Counted from the first letter of the stretch, positions 17,047-26,482 are shown. The stretch: DNA of 62,880 nucleotides from an uncultured Dehalococcoidales bacterium (GCA_964616785.1 CAZTRR010000002.1:2863-65742); one strand, 5' to 3'. Translations and numbers: made by a program. The notes: generated by a model not told the origin, from the sequence alone.

Positions 17047-17709
17047 GTGGATGTAGAGGCGAACGTTCGAGAAGTCGAGAGGCGCATTGCTCGGGCTTGC
17101 GCCCGAAGCCACAGGTCGCCAAGTGAAATAACGCTGGTGGCTGTCGGCAAGGGGTTTGAGGCCTCGGCAATAAGGGCGGCTTTCGATTGCGGGATAAGGA
17201 ACTTCGGCGAGAACCGAGTTCAGGAGGCCGAGGGAAAGATAGGCCAGCTTTCGGACCTCGAGCCTGACGTTGCCTGGCATATGGTCGGGCATCTTCAGAG
17301 CAATAAGGCCAAGACAGCGGTGGAGATATTTGACATAATCCACAGCGTCGATTCCATCAGGCTGGCCGGGGTTTTGAGTCGGCGAGCGGATAAGACCCTG
17401 CCTGTATTGCTTCAGGTCAATGTCTCTGGCGAAGCACCTAAGAGCGGTTTTTCCATCGATGAGGTTGCTGGAGCGGTCGATGAGGTGAGGCGATTAGCCA
17501 ATCTTGAAGTCATTGGGTTGATGACTATTGCCCTGTTGGTGGCTGATCCCGAGGACGTGCGTCCTGTGTTTCGGAAGTTGCGAGGGTTGCGAGATTCTTT
17601 GGGGCTGGAGCACCTTTCCATGGGGATGACTGATGATTTTGAGGTGGCAATTGAGGAAAGGGCCACCATGCTCAGGATAGGTCGAGCTATTTTTGGTGAC
17701 AGGAGGTAG
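17047..17709 (+). CDS. yggS: YggS-family pyridoxal-phosphate homeostasis protein
   Basis: 220 aa with GTG start. Motifs LVAVGKG (PLP lysine region) and FGENRVQE. Confidence 0.9.
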   Translation: MDVEANVREVERRIARACARSHRSPSEITLVAVGKGFEASAIRAAFDCGIRNFGENRVQEAEGKIGQLSDLEPDVAWHMVGHLQSNKAKTAVEIFDIIHSVDSIRLAGVLSRRADKTLPVLLQVNVSGEAPKSGFSIDEVAGAVDEVRRLANLEVIGLMTIALLVADPEDVRPVFRKLRGLRDSLGLEHLSMGMTDDFEVAIEERATMLRIGRAIFGDRR

Positions 17710-17711
17710 CA

Positions 17712-18512
17712 ATGCGGATAGGTTTTATTGGAGGAGGGGTTATGGGGGAGGCTATGGTCAAGAGCCTGCTGGCTAAAGGCGTGGCTGAGCCTGGTGATGT
17801 TAATGTCAGCGATGTCAGCCGGCCGCGACGCGATACGCTCAGCAAGGAATATGGTGTTCACACCACGCCGGATAACCGCTATGCAGCGGATGGTGCTGAA
17901 GCAATTGTTTTGGCGGTGAAACCGCAGGACCTGGGCAAGGTACTGAGCGAGATGAAAGGGCTTTCGCCCGAGCAACTGGTGCTGTCCATAGTGGCCGGCG
18001 CTACTCTGGACAGCCTGCGACAGGGACTGGAGCACGCTTGTTTGGTCCGGGCCATGCCCAACATGCCGGCACAGATTGGCGCAGGCATGACGGCATGGAC
18101 AGCCACGGCTGAGGTGAATCAAGAGCAGAGGGAAATAGCGCACTCCATTTTGGCGGCTTTGGGTGAGGAAATCTATGTGAGTAGTGAGAAGTACATAGAC
18201 ATGGCGACTGCCTTAAGTGGTAGTGGGCCAGCCTATGTTTTCCTCGTTATCGAGGCGCTTACCGATGCTGGTGTGCACATCGGTCTTTCACGCGATATGG
18301 CCGAGAAGCTCGTAGTGGAGACGATGCTGGGCTCCGCCCGGGCTGTCAAGGAGACGGGTAAACACCCGGCTGAGCTGAAGAACTTGGTGACGTCTCCGGG
18401 AGGGACTACCACCGAGGCGTTGTTGCAGTTGGAGACAGGTGGGCTGCGCTCCCTGCTACTTCAGGCCGTTATCGCTGCGTATAACAAGGCTCAGAACCTG
18501 GGGGCGAGGTAG
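17712..18512 (+). CDS. proC: pyrroline-5-carboxylate reductase
   Basis: 266 aa. IGFIGGGVMGEAM dinucleotide fold and C-terminal TSPGGTT motif. Sits 2 nt after yggS. Confidence 0.9.
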   Translation: MRIGFIGGGVMGEAMVKSLLAKGVAEPGDVNVSDVSRPRRDTLSKEYGVHTTPDNRYAADGAEAIVLAVKPQDLGKVLSEMKGLSPEQLVLSIVAGATLDSLRQGLEHACLVRAMPNMPAQIGAGMTAWTATAEVNQEQREIAHSILAALGEEIYVSSEKYIDMATALSGSGPAYVFLVIEALTDAGVHIGLSRDMAEKLVVETMLGSARAVKETGKHPAELKNLVTSPGGTTTEALLQLETGGLRSLLLQAVIAAYNKAQNLGAR

Positions 18513-18655
18513 ACGTGGCTGCTGAGACGCATGCCTCGGGTGGTGCTCGGCCTGACCCTGCTGGCTGCAGTACCAGCTCTGCAGTTAATGTACTACCTGG
18601 TTCCTTGAGTTTGGGGAACGGCGGTCGGATAGATGAATCAGCGGGCAAGGAGCAA

Positions 18656-19441
18656 ATGAAAGGCAAAGTTGACTTTGAGTGGGATGACGATTACGTAGCG
18701 CCGGAGGTTCTGAACCCGGATGTGGAGTTCTGGATTCGAAGGATGAACGAGGCCACTCATGAGAAGGTTGATCCCAAAGAGGGAGAGAGGATACTGGATA
18801 TTGGATGTGGCAGGGCTGTTGACGGTGTGGAGCTGGCCAGGAGGGGGGCGGTGGTTATCGGGCTTGAACCCTCAAACGTGATGATAGCGCGTGCGAAGAG
18901 TCATATCGCCGAAAATGGGGTTCACATGACTGTCATCTGGGGGGTCGGCGAGCATCTGCCATTCAGGCCGCAGTCTCTCGACAAGGTTGTGTGCAAGGGT
19001 GCCCTGGACCACTTCGTTGACCCGGCGATGGTGATGAGGGAAATGGCCATGGCGCTTAAGCCTGAAGGAAAGGCCACAATATCCATAGCCAATTTCGGGA
19101 GCCTTGGCTTCAAGCTGGGGAAGGGAATATGGCGGCTCATGAGGCTGCTCGGCTTCAAGGATGGTGGGGTGAGGATGCCGTGGGAACCACCCGGCGACCA
19201 TACGTACAGATTCGACTATGCTCTTTTGAAACGTATGGCTAGAAACCACCTCGAGGTGGAGCAAGCCACCGGCGCGTCGCTGCTTTTCGGGGTCCCGTGG
19301 TGGGGTTCACTCCTGGCCAAGTGCCCCCAACGTCTCTCCCATGTGATTCTAATTGCATTGGACAGAATGGCACGTGTTCTTCCTTCTCTCAGCGATGTTG
19401 TCGTACTGAGATGTAGACCCAGGAAAGGGGGCCTACGCTAG
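18656..19441 (+). CDS. class I SAM-dependent methyltransferase
   Basis: ILDIGCGRAVDG motif. ATG 18656 (aaggag upstream, short spacing) is preferred, but GTG 18515 is possible. Confidence 0.75.
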   Translation: MKGKVDFEWDDDYVAPEVLNPDVEFWIRRMNEATHEKVDPKEGERILDIGCGRAVDGVELARRGAVVIGLEPSNVMIARAKSHIAENGVHMTVIWGVGEHLPFRPQSLDKVVCKGALDHFVDPAMVMREMAMALKPEGKATISIANFGSLGFKLGKGIWRLMRLLGFKDGGVRMPWEPPGDHTYRFDYALLKRMARNHLEVEQATGASLLFGVPWWGSLLAKCPQRLSHVILIALDRMARVLPSLSDVVVLRCRPRKGGLR

Positions 19442-19641
19442 TACAAGGCACTTCTGCTTCTTGACCAGCATGATAGAGAGGATAGGGTACGCTCTCTGGC
19501 TGGAATAAGGTCAAAAAGAGGAGTTGAACGGCTGCGAAAGAAAGCTGGACTGAGGGACAGAGGTTCCTCTGATGAGCTGGATTACCGCGGCTGAAATGGC
19601 ATACTGCCAGGTTGACCCGATTAGGCAGCTGGGACAACTGA

Positions 19642-20286
19642 ATGGGAATTGACAGCGTAATACCGGCATTCGTTTCAGAAGTCAAGGGATTTCTGGCGGA
19701 GGAGGAGGGGCTGAGGCTATTCGAACTAGCCCTGGAAGCATGTTCGCTTGGTCCTTGCCTGGAGGTTGGGAGCTTCTGCGGAAAATCCACCATCTACCTG
19801 GGCAGCGCCTGCAAAACAAGGGGGAAGACGCTCTTCACCATTGACCACCATCGGGGCTCTGAAGAGCAACAGCCAGGTCAACTGTACTTTGACACTGACC
19901 TTCTGAGCAGTGAGACCGGCTTGCTCGACAGCTTTCCGTACTTTCGCGCCACGATACAAAGAGCCGGTCTGGAGGAGATCGTCGTGCCCATGGTCACCAA
20001 ATCGCGGGTGGCAGCTCGAGATTGGGCCATTCCTCTCGGCTTGGTTTTCGTAGACGGTGGACATAGTTACGAAACGGTGCTGACGGATTACGAGTGCTGG
20101 CATCCGCATCTGCTTCCTTACGGATTCCTCATCTTCCACGACATCTTCCTGGATCCTGCCAAGGGCGGGCAAGCACCATACGATGTTTACAAGCTCGCGC
20201 TGGCGTCGAAGCTGTTTGAGGAACTGCCGATGACCAATACACTCGGGGTTCTACGGCGTCACGGGCCCGTGATGGTCAAGGAGTAG
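19642..20286 (+). CDS. class I SAM-dependent methyltransferase (Methyltransf_24/TylF-like, by eye)
   Basis: LEVGSFCGKSTIYL and VFVDGGHSYE blocks. The 3' end overlaps the convergent 20251-21285 gene by 36 nt. Confidence 0.7.
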   Translation: MGIDSVIPAFVSEVKGFLAEEEGLRLFELALEACSLGPCLEVGSFCGKSTIYLGSACKTRGKTLFTIDHHRGSEEQQPGQLYFDTDLLSSETGLLDSFPYFRATIQRAGLEEIVVPMVTKSRVAARDWAIPLGLVFVDGGHSYETVLTDYECWHPHLLPYGFLIFHDIFLDPAKGGQAPYDVYKLALASKLFEELPMTNTLGVLRRHGPVMVKE

Positions 20287-21285
20287 ACTCGTCGGGGACG
20301 TGGGCCTGAGCATGTCAGCCGCCATCAGCACCGCTGCCGATGTCCAGGTCGGCTTCTGGACTGGCCAGATTTCTCGCTGTGGCAATGCCATGCCGTACCA
20401 GTAAGCGCCGTCTTCATCCCGCATCTGGTGAAGCCAATTGAGGACAGTCGCCGAATGTTCATGTTCGCCGTGAACGGCCAGGGCGATGGCCAGTTCGCTT
20501 GTCTCCGCAGCAGTAACCCAGTCTTGGTCCAGACTACAGAGTGAGCCCAAGCCGTCTACTATGAACTTGTCCCAACCACCGGAAAGGCGCTCCCTGGCCT
20601 CATTGCCATTCATGACGCAACACATCACCGGATAATACCAGTCCATGGCGAAGATAGGCTTGTTTTCTTCAAGGGAATCAAGCGGGCATGGTGTGTTCTG
20701 AATAGCTCTTGCCAGAGCGACGTTCGCCTCTTGCCAGTGGGTTTTTTCCTCGCCCAAAACTGAAGCAATAGAAAGCGCGCTCTTGATACTCAGGTAAGTT
20801 GAGCTGGAGCCGGCGATCAATGCGGTGGGGTAGATAGCCCCTGCACTGTCTCTGGCCCAGTAGATTTCACCATTGGGTCCTCTCATGCCCAATACGAAAT
20901 CGATTGCAGCGCGGACGGAAGGCCACATTCTCTTGAGGAACGAAATGTCACCAGTTGTCAGATAATGGTGCCATACGCCCACGGCGACATAGGATATGAG
21001 GTGTGAAACCTTCGAGGTATCCAGTGGTTGTCCGTCTTTATACGAGGCATACCAGCTCCCGTCCTCCAGTTGAGCCGTAGCGAGCCAGTCATACGCACGT
21101 TCAGCTTCAACGCGGCGATTGCCGACATCTATGCCCATGGCGTTTTCGACGTGAGTCCACGGATCTGTGATGCCCCCGTCATACCACGGGATTGAACCAT
21201 CAGCGTTCTGCATGGAGACAATGGCGTCAACAGTTGGACCGAGGTATCCGGAAGCAAGGGAGTCCTCAGAGAAGTGCAGCTTCAT
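20251..21285 (-). CDS. (alpha/alpha)6-barrel repeat protein (prenyltransferase/terpene-cyclase-like repeats; possibly a glycan-active enzyme)
   Basis: 344 aa with SD aaggag. Repeated QW-like motifs: QNADGSIPW, QLEDGSWY, GPNGEIYW, DEDGAYWY. Confidence 0.6.
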   Translation of the reverse strand: MKLHFSEDSLASGYLGPTVDAIVSMQNADGSIPWYDGGITDPWTHVENAMGIDVGNRRVEAERAYDWLATAQLEDGSWYASYKDGQPLDTSKVSHLISYVAVGVWHHYLTTGDISFLKRMWPSVRAAIDFVLGMRGPNGEIYWARDSAGAIYPTALIAGSSSTYLSIKSALSIASVLGEEKTHWQEANVALARAIQNTPCPLDSLEENKPIFAMDWYYPVMCCVMNGNEARERLSGGWDKFIVDGLGSLCSLDQDWVTAAETSELAIALAVHGEHEHSATVLNWLHQMRDEDGAYWYGMALPQREIWPVQKPTWTSAAVLMAADMLRPTSPTSLLLDHHGPVTP

Positions 21286-21312
21286 CCTTCAATTGCTCCT
21301 TAGCTAGGCATC

Positions 21313-22560
21313 TCATTCTGCTTTGATGCGATTCTGGTACTGGATGGCTTCCTCATAGATTTCAGCAGTACGCTTAGCCGTATTCTGCCAGTTGAACATC
21401 TGCGCTACCCTTCTGCGCCCCATTTCGCCAAGGTGCTTGCGCCTTTCCGGGTTGTGTAGCAGGCCTGAAATCGCTTCCACCAGCGCCTTGCTATCAGCAG
21501 GAGGCACCAGTACCCCGGCATCTCCGACCACCTCGGGCAAAGCTCCGGCAGTAGTTGAGATCACGGGTGTGCCACAGGACATAGCCTCAGCAGCAGGCAA
21601 ACCGAAGCCTTCGTAAACCGACGGTACCACAACCACGGTAGCCATCGAATACTGCCGAACAAGTTCATCTGTATCTATTTGCCCGCAATAGGTAACACAA
21701 TCGCCAATGCCCAGGCTGTCAATCAGTCCCTGTGTATACCCGTTCTTCATAGGCTTTCCCACTATCACTAGTTCTATTGCGCGTTGGGTTCGTAAGGCAG
21801 CCACAGCCTCCAGCAGGAACTTGAGCCCCTTCAAGGGTATGTCTCCACTGTTTATTACGAGCAATCGGTTCTCCAGCCTTTTGACCCCGGGAGTGTGAGT
21901 AAAGAGGGAGCCGTCGACCCCGTCGTAAACCACACGAAGGCTGTCTTCTGGCAGGTTGAAAGCATGGATGATCTCACGACATGAGTTCTGCGAACCAGTA
22001 ATCAGATGTGTAAGCTTCTGGGCAACCCTCAGCTGCATATTCACAAATGCGTACCATCTCCTTATGCCCAGTGCCTCCCAGAGGGATTTCGCCGCTCTGA
22101 CAGCCAGATCTCGGTCAATGTTGATGGGGTGATGAATTGTTGCCACGAGGGGGAAGCCAGCTTCCTTGATTTTCAGAATGCCGTATGACAGGCTTTGATT
22201 ATCGTGAACAACATCGTAGCTTCGATGTCCGTTATTGTGAAGTAAACTGCAGGCACGCATGCCGAAAGTCAACGGCTCGGTGAAAAAGCCGCCGCATACA
22301 CCGAGCCACTCAACGAGGTTCGGTGTGGAATTCAATTTACGGGGGTTTACCAGCAAACGCTGGGCGTGTGGTAGGGAGTACAGATCCAGGCTCGGCAGCC
22401 TTATTAGCTTGACACCGTCTTCTAATTCTGGATATGGCGGCCCTGATATTACATCAACTTCATGACCGAGGTCGCGGAGAGAACGGCTTAAGTAGCGAAC
22501 ATAAATGCCTTGCCCGCCGGAATAGCGATAGCATCTGTAGCTAAGCAAGCATATACGCAC
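21313..22560 (-). CDS. glycosyltransferase family 4 (GT-B), tandem copy 1
   Basis: 415 aa with GTG start. C-terminal GT4 block EGFGLPAAEAMSCGTPVISTTAGALPEVV. Confidence 0.9.
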   Translation of the reverse strand: MRICLLSYRCYRYSGGQGIYVRYLSRSLRDLGHEVDVISGPPYPELEDGVKLIRLPSLDLYSLPHAQRLLVNPRKLNSTPNLVEWLGVCGGFFTEPLTFGMRACSLLHNNGHRSYDVVHDNQSLSYGILKIKEAGFPLVATIHHPINIDRDLAVRAAKSLWEALGIRRWYAFVNMQLRVAQKLTHLITGSQNSCREIIHAFNLPEDSLRVVYDGVDGSLFTHTPGVKRLENRLLVINSGDIPLKGLKFLLEAVAALRTQRAIELVIVGKPMKNGYTQGLIDSLGIGDCVTYCGQIDTDELVRQYSMATVVVVPSVYEGFGLPAAEAMSCGTPVISTTAGALPEVVGDAGVLVPPADSKALVEAISGLLHNPERRKHLGEMGRRRVAQMFNWQNTAKRTAEIYEEAIQYQNRIKAE

Positions 22561-22565
22561 TTGAC

Positions 22566-22594
22566 AGTCTACCCAATGGTCGAAGATATGCCAG
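22566..22594 (-). promoter_or_regulatory. candidate internal promoter between the two GT4 genes (leaderless arrangement)
   Basis: On the minus strand: CTGGCA (22594-22589), 17-nt spacer, TAGACT (22571-22566). The GTG at 22560 lies 5 nt after the -10 and has no SD. Confidence 0.4.
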
Positions 22595-22699
22595 AATAGA
22601 GAAAAGCCCGACCTATTTTACCTTTGTCTGCCAACTATATCAATAGGTTGCGCGTTATCGGCGGTCTTTTTTTGTACGTTTTTGAAGAGCATAGGCCGT

Positions 22700-23947
22700 T
22701 TACAGCGAGTTCAAATGCCTCTGATAGTCAATAGCCTCAGAATAGACGTCAACCGTGTGTCTGGCTGTGCTTTTCCAATTAAACGTCTCGGTTATTCTTT
22801 TTCGCCCCATCTTACCAAGGTGATTACGCTTGTCCGGATTGTCGATAAGTGCCGCAATTGCCTCTGCCAGGGCATTGACGTCGGCAGGCGGCACCAGTAT
22901 CCCGGCCTCCCCGACGACCTCGGGCAATGCCCCTGCAGTAGTCGATATTACCGGGGTTCCACAGGCCATAGCTTCGGCAGCAGGCAAGCCGAAGCCCTCA
23001 TACGTTGATGGGATGACTGTAACGGTAGCCAGCCTGTACTGCCGGACGAGTTCAGTGGTATCTATCTGGTCGGCAAAGCTCACATGGTCGCTGATGCCCA
23101 GGCCATGGATGATTCTCTCTGTTGCGCCGTCGCCCATCGTTTTCCCGACTACAACCAGTTCGAGGTCGTGCTTCTGCCGCAGCCAAGCCAATGCTTCCAG
23201 CAAGTATCTCAAACCTTTAACGGCTGTATCTCGGCTTATTACTACCAAGAGCCTGTTCTCCAGGCGGCCAACTTCATCGGCGGGACTGAAAACATCCGTG
23301 TCAATTCCGTTGTAGACAACTCTCAGCCTACCTCTGGGTATCCGGAACGTCTCGGCGATATGCTTACTGGCAACCTGAGAGACCGTAATGATGTGGGAGA
23401 AGTTAGCTGCAACCTTTATTTGCATACCGACAAAGGAATACCATCTCTTAATGCCCAGTCTATTCTTCAAAGAGGTTGCTGACTTAAGGGCCAGGTCACG
23501 GTCGATGGTCACGGGGTGATGAATAGTCTCGACGACTGGGAATCCAAGTTCCTGGATCTTGAGCATACCGTACGCCATGGTCTGATTATCGTGAACAACA
23601 TCGTACTTGCGATTTCCCGTATTGCGTAGGTAGTCATGGGCTCGCATGCCAAAGGCCAGGGGTTCCGAGAAATAGCCGCTCATGGTGCCGAGCCATTCGA
23701 CCAGATTAGGGAAGGAATTCAGTCTACGCGGGTTCATGAAGAGCCGTGACATAGTGGACATAGTGTATAGGTCGAGACTGGGCAGTCGGACCAAGTTTAC
23801 GCCATAGTCCAGTTCTGGATATGGAGGTCCGGATACTACGTCAACTTCGTGGCCAAGGTCCCTGAGCGAGCGGCTCAAGTAACGCAGATAAACGCCCTGA
23901 CCACCCGAGTAGACATAGCTTCTATAGCTAAGTAAACAAATCCGCAT
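22700..23947 (-). CDS. glycosyltransferase family 4 (GT-B), tandem copy 2
   Basis: 415 aa, collinear with copy 1 and about 65-70% identical by eye. Same EGFGLPAAEAMACGTPVISTTAGALPEVV block. Confidence 0.9.
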   Translation of the reverse strand: MRICLLSYRSYVYSGGQGVYLRYLSRSLRDLGHEVDVVSGPPYPELDYGVNLVRLPSLDLYTMSTMSRLFMNPRRLNSFPNLVEWLGTMSGYFSEPLAFGMRAHDYLRNTGNRKYDVVHDNQTMAYGMLKIQELGFPVVETIHHPVTIDRDLALKSATSLKNRLGIKRWYSFVGMQIKVAANFSHIITVSQVASKHIAETFRIPRGRLRVVYNGIDTDVFSPADEVGRLENRLLVVISRDTAVKGLRYLLEALAWLRQKHDLELVVVGKTMGDGATERIIHGLGISDHVSFADQIDTTELVRQYRLATVTVIPSTYEGFGLPAAEAMACGTPVISTTAGALPEVVGEAGILVPPADVNALAEAIAALIDNPDKRNHLGKMGRKRITETFNWKSTARHTVDVYSEAIDYQRHLNSL

Positions 23948-23971
23948 TTAATAGTCCGCTGGCGTTTGCCG

Positions 23972-24703
23972 TCATCCGGCTGGGCTGCCCTCGTGCTGAC
24001 TCTTGCGCGCATATAGCACTACACTCTTGGAAAAGAAGCTATTGAGCATAGTATCAAGCAGACGGATAGGTTTGCTCTTGGTCTTTATGTCCCACACTAA
24101 GAATCTGTGGTAGAAAGAGGGAATTGGGGCCTTTTCGTTGTTTACTCCGAAGAGGCAGCGGGATATCCAGTAGAAAGAGTGGAGGGCATGTTTACGGCGA
24201 ACGGCGAATATGTCCAGATTGCTCTGGCACAACTTGGACATCAGTTCGCTGGCTTTGTATATTCTGACGTGACCTCCTGGATTGTCATGATACTCCGTAG
24301 ACAGCTTCCAACAGATAGTCTCCTGGAGGTGGGAGGGGACACTGACAGCCAGCGTCCCGTCGTCCTTCAGAACCCGTACCATCTCCTTGATACCCTGCTT
24401 ATCGTCGGGGATATGCTCCAGCACTTCTGAACAGACGATCCTATCGAAGGAGGCATCTTCGAAGGGGAGGCTTATTATGTCGCCCCTTACCAAGACCCAC
24501 TTGCCTTTTGATTCCTGCTGCTCGTCCAGAAGCCAGAGAACATGGTGCGCCTTTTTGAGATTCACCTCTTGAATGTCCAGTGCACACACGAAGCAATCGC
24601 TTTCTTTGCATGCTTGCCAGCTGTGTCTGCCCTCGCCGCAACCGATATCCAGAACTCGCTCGCCATCCTTGATTCCCAGGAGGTCACAGTCGACGGTGAG
24701 CAT
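23972..24703 (-). CDS. class I SAM-dependent methyltransferase
   Basis: 243 aa with SD aggag. VLDIGCGEGRHS and FDRIVCSEVLEH motifs. Confidence 0.85.
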   Translation of the reverse strand: MLTVDCDLLGIKDGERVLDIGCGEGRHSWQACKESDCFVCALDIQEVNLKKAHHVLWLLDEQQESKGKWVLVRGDIISLPFEDASFDRIVCSEVLEHIPDDKQGIKEMVRVLKDDGTLAVSVPSHLQETICWKLSTEYHDNPGGHVRIYKASELMSKLCQSNLDIFAVRRKHALHSFYWISRCLFGVNNEKAPIPSFYHRFLVWDIKTKSKPIRLLDTMLNSFFSKSVVLYARKSQHEGSPAG

Positions 24704-25075
24704 TCACGAGACTCCTAGTACAGTTCATAGCGCCATTCTGGCAGCTTGTTTGAGGAATAAGTTCCTGTCTCTGCCTGTTCCACGTGCCTCAACCAGCTCC
24801 CCGTGCAGACGCTTATGGGCAGCGGGCATCTGATGGCTGCTGCTGTGGCGCCAGAGTCAGCCGAAGGAGCATCACTGTCCACATGTGAGCGCCACCTCCT
24901 ACGACCTCAGGAAATGCTGCCGCTTCCGTGGCAGTGGCGCAGACGTGCAGGATGCTATCGCAGCGGCACTGCCAGCGTCTCTCCGAGCTCTCGTAGATGC
25001 AGTGGACAACGCCTATCTCGAGGCGGCGTTTGTGTTACTCGGGTTCTTTGCCAGATGCGCGGTCTTGGTCTTGGA

Positions 25076-25342
25076 TTAGGTGCTGGCCGGGGTCTGGCCA
25101 GGGTTTTGCTTCTTCCACTTGTCCAGGAGCTGTTCGCGGCTTTCCTTATGGTCAGGGTCCGGGATACAACAATCTACCGGACAAACTTCGGCGCACTTGG
25201 ATGATTCGAACCAGCCAACGCATTCGGTGCATTTGTTTGGGTCGATCTCGTAGATTGTCTCTCCTTCCTTGATGGCTTCGTTCTTGCATTCTGGCTCGCA
25301 GGCGCCGCAGCTAATGCATTCGTCGGTGATTTTGTATGCCAT
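25076..25342 (-). CDS. 2[4Fe-4S] ferredoxin (Alvin/YfhL-type spacing)
   Basis: MAYKITDECISCGACEPEC followed by CTECVGWFESSKCAEVCP (CxxCx8CxxxCP). ATG 25342 is preferred over the ORF-track start at 25453. Confidence 0.9.
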   Translation of the reverse strand: MAYKITDECISCGACEPECKNEAIKEGETIYEIDPNKCTECVGWFESSKCAEVCPVDCCIPDPDHKESREQLLDKWKKQNPGQTPAST

Positions 25343-25409
25343 TTCTTGCCTTGCCCTCCTTGTTTTTTTTGTATGGTCAGCTCTTGTCTCGAGCAATCCT
25401 GCCTTAATA

Positions 25410-25925
25410 TCAGGGCGATGCCCTCTCAGGTGATGCTTTAGCAAGCTCTCCACCGAACTTACTCTTCAGAGCGGTAGCAACGTGGTCAGGTACCAGCTCC
25501 TCAAGGCAACCTCCCAGCTCGGATACCTCCTTCAGTAGGCTGGAGCTGAGAAACTGATATTGCAGGCTTGCCATGAAACAGACCAGTTCAAGATCGGGTG
25601 CCAGCTTTTTGTTCATCATTGCCATCTCGAACTCTCGTTCGAAGTCAGAACTCATCCTCAGGCCGCGTACCATAACCTGTGCGCTCACCTTCTTGGCGAG
25701 GTCAACAGTAAGGCCTGAATAGGACTCGGCCCGGACGTTGTCGAAGCCCGATATGGCTTGCCGGACCATCTCTACTCTCTCCTCGGTGTGGAATAGGAGA
25801 CGCTTGCCAGGTCTATCATAAACACCAATGATTAGCTCATCAAATACTGATGACGCCCGTCTGATAATATCCAAATGTCCGAGTGTTATGGGGTCAAAGC
25901 TGCCGGCATAGAGAGCGATAGTCAA
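25410..25925 (-). CDS. coaD: phosphopantetheine adenylyltransferase
   Basis: 171 aa with N-terminal YAGSFDPITLGHLDII (T/HxGH nucleotidyltransferase motif). Confidence 0.9.
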   Translation of the reverse strand: MTIALYAGSFDPITLGHLDIIRRASSVFDELIIGVYDRPGKRLLFHTEERVEMVRQAISGFDNVRAESYSGLTVDLAKKVSAQVMVRGLRMSSDFEREFEMAMMNKKLAPDLELVCFMASLQYQFLSSSLLKEVSELGGCLEELVPDHVATALKSKFGGELAKASPERASP

Positions 25926-26482
25926 AATCTGGCCTCCTTATGATATATTGAAATACAGGTGTCGCCATGGCGTCTTTCTTTGATCAAGGACAGTCCGTTG
26001 TAACTCTGCTGCAGGGGAAAGCGAGAGGCGTGAGAGACAACGACGATGGATTCACCGGTCACGAGTCTTGAACTAGCCAGTTGCGCTACCATGCCACCTA
26101 CGGACGTGTCCGAGTAAGGCGGGTCCATGAATACAATATCGTATTTGTCACCAAGGAAAGTGAGGGCTTTAGCTACACTGCAGCAGTAGACATGAGCCTT
26201 TTGCGAAAAACCAATCTTATCCAAGTTTTGCTTAATGATAGCACAACACCGAGGTTCTTGGTCAACAAAATCGACCCACTCAGTGTTGCGGCTCAAAGCT
26301 TCAATACCCAGGGCACCAATGCCTGCGTACAGGTCGAGAGCCCGAGACCAATGGCTGATGAGGGGTGTCAAAATGGAAAAGACGGCTTCCCTTGTTCTGT
26401 CGGTTGTCGGACGAACTAACTGACCCTTGGGGAGCTTCAACTGTTGCCCTTTGGCTACACCGCCGGTGATACGCATTGTCAC
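25922..26482 (-). CDS. rsmD: 16S rRNA (guanine966-N2)-methyltransferase RsmD family
   Basis: 186 aa with the DPPY motif (VFMDPPYS). Overlaps coaD by 4 nt, the usual rsmD-coaD pairing. Confidence 0.85.
   Translation of the reverse strand: MTMRITGGVAKGQQLKLPKGQLVRPTTDRTREAVFSILTPLISHWSRALDLYAGIGALGIEALSRNTEWVDFVDQEPRCCAIIKQNLDKIGFSQKAHVYCCSVAKALTFLGDKYDIVFMDPPYSDTSVGGMVAQLASSRLVTGESIVVVSHASRFPLQQSYNGLSLIKERRHGDTCISIYHKEARF

Noticed and set aside
19618-19626. Additional GATTAGGC 8-mers (19618-19626, and GGATTAGG at 25072-25079) that might be further copies of the island motif.
   Set aside because: Only the 8-mer core matches and the flanks do not align. An 8-mer is expected about twice by chance in 126 kb of two-strand sequence.
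24803-25204. 133-aa plus-strand ORF (and 24885-25079, 64 aa) in the gap upstream of the MT-GT4 operon.
   Set aside because: There is no SD, the translation is Arg/Gly/Ser-rich, and it runs antisense through the ferredoxin gene. It is treated as non-coding; see the finding on the 372-nt gap.
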